64,000 bases of DNA from Octopus vulgaris (taxonomy: Eukaryota), in contig OX597838.1 in assembly GCA_951406725.2 (NCBI GenBank), positions 30,814,001-30,878,000 on the forward strand, written 5' to 3'. The notes beneath the pieces are model-generated. The model worked only from the letters and a program-made list of their open reading frames with translations, made no database searches and was not told the DNA's origin. Position 1 is the stretch's first letter, and each line of letters opens with the position of its first letter. The position numbers were made by a program, and so were the translations under genes. This document shows positions 57,571 to 64,000 of this stretch, one piece after another.

Positions 57571-57999
57571 GCACCCATATATACATATATATGCGTATAC
57601 ACATAGATGTATATGTACATGTATATGCGTGTGTGCTGCTCGTGAGTAATTCCGTACATATTTGTGCTCGCGTTTATTTTTACTGGTCTTCTGTCGCTTT
57701 ACACAAAACCATAACTTAACTGTTTGATAAGGAGAGATCGATAAAACAAATTGCCAGGTCGAAGTAAGCACTGACACCGATGTGGCCAAATGAAACCGTT
57801 GGCGGTTGCGCACCATGACAGAAGCCTGTATTTAATTGAAGTCACGTCCGGAGTTCGAAACGCATGCAATCCCACGCATGCATAGACGCTCACCGACACC
57901 CGCCCCCGCGTACACACACATAGACATAGACACATACACGCACACATATAATCATGGCTGATGAGAGAAAGAGAGAGTAAGGGGAATGAATCTGGAGGA

Positions 58000-58150
58000 G
58001 TAGAGGTGGGTGGCCTTTGACGCGTTAGCTCTGAGGAGCAGTGGCCATCGAAGTAGCGGTAGAAAACCCGGAGATCGGACACAGTAGGTCGATGTGAGTG
58101 AGGTATTAACCTGTCGTTGAGGGACTTTCTCGGGGTCAGTTGGGAAGAAG
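58000..58150 (-). mobile_element. CR1/Zenon-like LINE ORF2 fragment
   Basis: LTHRPTVSDLRVFYRYFDGHCSSEL matches the L.HRR.V..L..FYR...G.CS.EL motif. Confidence 0.65.
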
Positions 58151-58192
58151 GTTTTTGTTTTGTTTCTGTCTAAGATGCTTGTGTATGTAATT

Positions 58193-58268
<76 letters not shown>

Positions 58269-58407
58269 CAGTAGCATCAGTATTCCATGGTACAGAAAGA
58301 TAAGCACTGCACACCGATGTGGCCAAATGAAACCGTTGGCGGTTGCGCACCATGACAGAAGCCTGTATTTAATTGAAGTCACGTCCGGAGTCAAACACGC
58401 ACACACA

Positions 58408-58447
<40 letters not shown>

Positions 58448-58732
58448 ACACACACACACATACAAACACACACACACGCACACACACACACAAGCACACA
58501 CACACATGTACACGGACGCATACACGCATACACAGAGATCTATACACACACGCAGAAATATGAAAGCATGACAGAAAGAGAGAAAGGGAGAGAGAGAGAG
58601 AGGGAGGGAGAGGGATGGAGAGGGAGAGAGAGAGGCATTAAAATTTATAAATTGAACACGATTGACGTCAACACTCTTCCTCTTCCAAGAGTCATGTACA
58701 CACTCCTGAACACAGAGAGGAGAGGTAGAGCG

Positions 58733-58810
<78 letters not shown>

Positions 58811-58836
58811 ACGCACATACACAAACACACGCACAC

Positions 58837-58955
<119 letters not shown>

Positions 58956-59718
58956 ACAGGGTCCGCCATGGTCTGCACCTAACGCAGAAATATGAAAGCA
59001 TGACAGAAAGAGAGAAATGAGAGAGAGGGAGGGAGAGGATCAAAACCAGGAACGGTCTTCGTTCTGAAAGAAACCACTTCCCTCTAAAACCATTCCTCGG
59101 TCGAAATAGAATTGGTTCCCTTCTGTGCATATCGCTTAATATTTTTTTAGATAATTCTTTTGTCCTTTATTCTTTCACTTTCAATCATTAAACTGTGGCC
59201 ATGCTGGGGCACCAACTTCAAGAGTTTTTCCGTCGAATGAATCGACCTCAGGACTTATCATTTTCATTCTTCTTCTTCTTCTTCTTCTTCTTCTTCTTCT
59301 TCTTCTTCTTCTTCTTCTTCTTCTTCTTCTTCTTCTTCTTCTTCTTCTTCTTCTTCTTCTTCTTCTTCTTCTTCTTCTTCTTCTTCTCCTTCTTCTTCTT
59401 TTTCTTCTTCTTCTTCTCATCATCATCAACACCACCGCCGCCGCCACCACCACCACCACCACCACCACCACCACCACCACCACCACCACCACCACCACCA
59501 TCATCATCATCGTCACCACCACCACCACCACCATCTTCTTCTTCTTCTTCTTCTTCTCATTATTATCATTATTATGTTTGACTTTCTTTGTATTTGTACA
59601 AGTTGACTCAGGTCTCACCCAGAGACCCCCAAGAGACAAGTTAGATGTTCATGTTTGTTATATATATGTATACATATCTTCTTCTTCTTATTATTATTAT
59701 TATTATTATCACCACCAC

Positions 59719-59781
<63 letters not shown>

Positions 59782-59889
59782 TATTATTATTATTATTATC
59801 AAACTATGTCCGTTTGTTTACGTCTCAGTAACTTAGCGGAAAGAAAACCAATAGAATGTGTACCAGTCTTTAAACAGAACATAAATAGT

Positions 59890-59938
<49 letters not shown>

Positions 59939-60719
59939 CTAATAATTCTTCAAGGCGGTACCCCAGCATGGCCGCAGTCCAATTATTGAAACCAGGGTAA
60001 GCGATAAGAAAAAAGCAAGAGATAGCATCTCGATTACTAATGCTGAGGTTTCACATTATCACGCACCTCGAGTTTTCTAAGATGTGAGCAGTTCTTGTCT
60101 GGGGTGGCGGGTGTTAACGTGGCTTGGCATTTAATGATTACGTCATTGTACTTTGGATGGAGACAGGATTGGCATTACCGTTTTGGACAATGTTTTTTTT
60201 TTTTCATTCTCGGCCTCTGTTCATGATAATAGTGCATGCGGAGGACATTTGGGTGCGGAAGGTTCGGCTGGAATGAAGGGTGGTTCCGTCTGTGTAGGAG
60301 TGGTTGACGTTGGAATTAACTGCAACAAAAATTTAAAGAAAAAAAAAAATGGTTGGTTAACGGTTTTTTTTCTCTTTCAGAGGAAGAAGGCGTGGAATTA
60401 AGGTGAATCTTGTGACTATGAGCAGAGTTGATAGAGCGACGGTCGAAGAGAGATACATCCGTACATGTCGCAATGGTATCATCTGACAGGAAGCATCAGG
60501 GTTCCGCGCGAGATGAGGGGCGAGTTATAGCCAATAGACGGGCTGTTTAGCTCCGAAGATTCGCGTGCCAGACACGGTCGAAATTACACGCGCGCGCGTA
60601 CACACACACACACACACACACACACAGAGAAACGTACACACGTATGTACATGTGTATGTATGTATATATATACGTACGTACGTGCGTATGTATGTATGTG
60701 TTAATTTTTGTTTTTGTGT

Positions 60720-61128
60720 CTTACTCTCTTTTACTCTTTTACTTGTTTCAGTCATTTGACTGTGGCCATGCTGGAGCACCGCCTTTAGTCGAGCAAATCG
60801 ATCCCGGGACTTATTCTTTGTAAGCCCAGTACTTATTCTATCGGTCTCTTTTCTATCGGACACTTGCCCAATGTGCCGCGCAGTGGGACTGAACCCGGAA
60901 CCATGTGGTTGGTTAGCAAGCTACTTACCACACAGCCACTCCTGCGCCGGTTATAATAAAAACAATTTTACATTAATCTGATGAGGTACTCCATTCTTCT
61001 GTAGAGTACAAATTTATTATTCTTATACAGGCGCAGGAGTGGCTGAGTGGTAAGTAGCTTGCTTACCAAACCACATGGTTCTGGGTTCAGCCCCACTGCA
61101 ATGCACCTTGGGCAAGTGTCTTCTACTG
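60720..61128. mobile_element. Head-to-head family-1 SINEs (- 60720-60948 internally deleted; + 61029-61128)
   Basis: Homology to the other copies. Confidence 0.85.
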
Positions 61129-61450
61129 TATATAATATGAACGAGTAACAAAGGTCTATACATCTTTGCTATTCATTTATATTTTACTCGTCAAGCCTGA
61201 AATCTGCACTTTGGAATTATTTGCAAAGTATCTTCATATTAAGTAAATGTCTGAACAAACAAGAACGGATTTATTCACTAAGCTGGATCGTGCCATCTAC
61301 ATACATTGCACGAATGTCGGGAGGAAAGAATTCTATGCAGAGTTTGAGAATTACCTAATACTGTCTGAATATGCAAAGAAGTTCATCCTAACAAGGTGCC
61401 TCAAATCCAACTACCTAATCCAACTGAATCTAATATATATATATATATGT

Positions 61451-61482
<32 letters not shown>

Positions 61483-61496
61483 GGACACACACGCAC

Positions 61497-61530
<34 letters not shown>

Positions 61531-61545
61531 GTATATATGTATATA

Positions 61546-61603
61546 CTAGCAGAGATACCCGGCGTTGCCAGGTTACATTCAATTGAAGAATTAGACTTTT
61601 CTG

Positions 61604-61639
<36 letters not shown>

Positions 61640-61897
61640 CGGGAAGCTTTATGAAAATAAACAAAAGACGAAGGCAGGTGGAAAACAAACGAACAATTGT
61701 ATTAGTATGGCGCTCAGGAAATATAAATAAAACAAGTCTTTAACGTTTCGAGCCTACGCTCTTCAACAGAAAGATACACAGAGAGAGAGAAAAACACAGA
61801 AAGAAGGAGAGAAAAAAATGCGTGCAGTAGCTAACGAATCAACATGGCGATCTATATATATATATATGGACACTCACGCACACACACACACACATAC

Positions 61898-61931
<34 letters not shown>

Positions 61932-62460
61932 TTATATTAATATAAATACATGAAAGTACATGAAGTTTGTTAAAATAAAAGGGGATCATGTATATACCTC
62001 CTGGCTGTTGAGATTATAACACCTCGTTATAAACAATGTTCCTTGTTTTTCCTTGTGGAGCATATACAAAAAGGTTTCTTTTGGTTCCTACTCTTGAGCA
62101 GTCAACATACAGTTGTCCATGCGAGAAGCAGGGCTCTTCCAAGAGAAGACCAGCTACAGAGAGGGTTTGAGCCTGAGATTTGTTAATGGACATGGCAAAG
62201 CTGACACGAAGGGGGAATTGCAGTCTTCTGAATGTAAATGGAATTTCTGCTCCTGATGGAGTAAGAGGAAATCTTGGAATAAAGACGTCATCAGAAAGAA
62301 TGATCGCCTCGATAACGTGTGACATCATTTTCTTTATCACCAGTCGTGTTCCATTGCAAAGTCTTGGTTCCAGATTGCGGAGTAGCATCACAGGAGTTCC
62401 AACTTTAAGTGCTAATATGTGTGGAGGTAGCCCAGGAGGCTCCAGTGAATTGAGAAATTC
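61546..62460 (-). mobile_element. Helitron 3' end with PIF1-like helicase C-terminus (62014-62460), interrupted by a PLE fragment
   Basis: [61 protein letters not shown]; terminal hairpin at 61558-72 and CTAG at 61546-49. A second helicase copy starts at ~63972. Confidence 0.9.
61638..61853 (-). mobile_element. PLE 3' terminal fragment with HHR-like motif (61737-61774)
   Basis: Nearly identical to 32905-33118. Confidence 0.85.
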
Positions 62461-62488
62461 CACCACCACCACCACCACCACCACCACC

Positions 62489-62520
<32 letters not shown>

Positions 62521-62677
62521 CAACAGCAACTATATCGTCGTTTTGCCGTCTACCATAACTGCCAACAACTACACCACTACTACAACCTCAACCACAACAA
62601 GTGACACCAACACTACCACCAACACTACCACCAAAAACAAATCCAATTTTGCACAAGCGTTAAAAATAAAAAAAAAG

Positions 62678-63520
62678 ACAATACTAAACTTCAAAAGTTT
62701 GTGTTTGGATAATATTTTTTATGTAAAAGTTGTGCAACAACTAAAGCATCCGGTTGTGCAAATTCTTTGCACGGGAAACCTGCCCTGTGTGGCGTGTTTC
62801 CCCATTTTGTAAATTTGCTTTCGGGCTTTCTTAGCCATTTCTGTTTTGGCGACTTCAAGCCATGAAGTCGTTGTTCTAAAAGAAGGCTGGTCTCCTTGAC
62901 AACGTTTACGGCGTTGATTTCCCTACCCTGCCTTCCCCACAGCTTCATGAAGGTGGGAGGAAGGGGAGGAGCAACACAGGTGCAGGTGCGAGCATAGACG
63001 CCAACATCGCCACCACTATGACCACCACCACCACCACCACCACCGCCGCTGCCACTACCACCTCAGCCGTCACTATTTCCATCGCCACCGCCGCCGCCGC
63101 CGCCACCACCACCACCACCATACTATACCTCTGCTCTCTCCTTTTGGCTACTAAATCCATTACCATATTTCACAAGTACCATCGCCATACAATATTGCCT
63201 TCAAAAGTTTGTTTGGATAATATTTTTTATGTAAAAGTTGTGCAACAACTAAAGCATCCGGTTGTGCAAATTCTTTGCACGGGAAACCTTCCCTGTGTGG
63301 CGTGTTTCCCCATTTTGTAGAATTTGCTTTCGGGCTTTCTTAGCCATTTCTGTTTTGGCGACTTCAAAGCCATGAAGTCGTCGTCGAAAAGAACGCTGGT
63401 CTCCTTGACAACGCATACGACGTTGATTTCCCTATCCTGCCTTCCCCACACCTTCATGAAGGAGGGAGGAAGGGGAGGAGCGACACAGGTGCAGGTGCGA
63501 GCATGGACACCAACTCCGCC
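62678..63520. repeat. ~330-bp direct duplication (62678-63010, 63189-63520)
   Basis: Two similar copies separated by (CAC)n sequence. Confidence 0.9.
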
Positions 63521-64000
63521 ACCGACACACGAAGAATTGGAAGAACCCAGACGACAGATTCAGTCAAACGACTACTACTACGGACAACTCTGCCACAAAC
63601 ACCACCACCATCACCACGACGACGACGACGACCACGACCACCACCACTACCACTATCACCATTACCACTACCACCATGACCACCACCACCACTACCACCA
63701 TGACCACCACCACCACTACCACCATGACCACCACCACCACCACCATGACCACCACTACCACCATGACCACCACAACCACCACCACTACCACCATGACCAT
63801 TACCACCATGACCACCACTACCACCATGACCACCACCACCACCATCATCACCACCACCACCATGACCACCACGACCACCATACCACGACGACGACGACGA
63901 CGACCACCACCACCACCACGAAGAACACCACGACCACCACCATCATCACCACCACCACCACCACCAAGACCACAGAGAGGGTTTGACCCTGAGATTTGTT

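Noticed and set aside
62014-62529. Host PIF1 helicase gene
   Set aside because: Truncated, with altered motif residues, and lies upstream of a Helitron hairpin-CTAG end.
63324-63986. His-rich ORF (also 50481-50855 and 59195-60000)
   Set aside because: (CAC/CAT)n repeats are open in several frames, and there is no evidence of coding.

Overview
Eukaryotic, AT-rich, extremely microsatellite-dense non-coding DNA, most likely octopus. That assignment is inferred from many copies of a tRNA/CORE-type SINE resembling octopus OR-type SINEs and from the (TA)n/(CA)n/(TACA)n load. I find no intact host gene, and almost all ORFs in the track are microsatellite artefacts. The window is a graveyard of transposons: three SINE families, Penelope-like elements (PLEs), CR1, RTE and R4/Dong LINE fragments, Helitrons, Tc1/mariner and hAT elements. 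The main hidden signal is RNA structure. Many short TA-embedded PLE-type repeats carry hammerhead ribozyme (HHR) motifs, including natural swaps of the 3-8 core pair (C-G, G-C, U-A). Most notably, three sequence-divergent repeat families (2118-2263, 5642-5785 and 6028-6148; 27177-27459; 47060-47113) contain all hammerhead core elements with covarying helices, but in a strand order that circular permutation of types I/II/III cannot produce. The substrate strand lies inside loop II, which gives a pseudoknotted hammerhead. This is the best candidate for an undescribed system. Catalytic activity is untested inference, and all folds were derived by eye.
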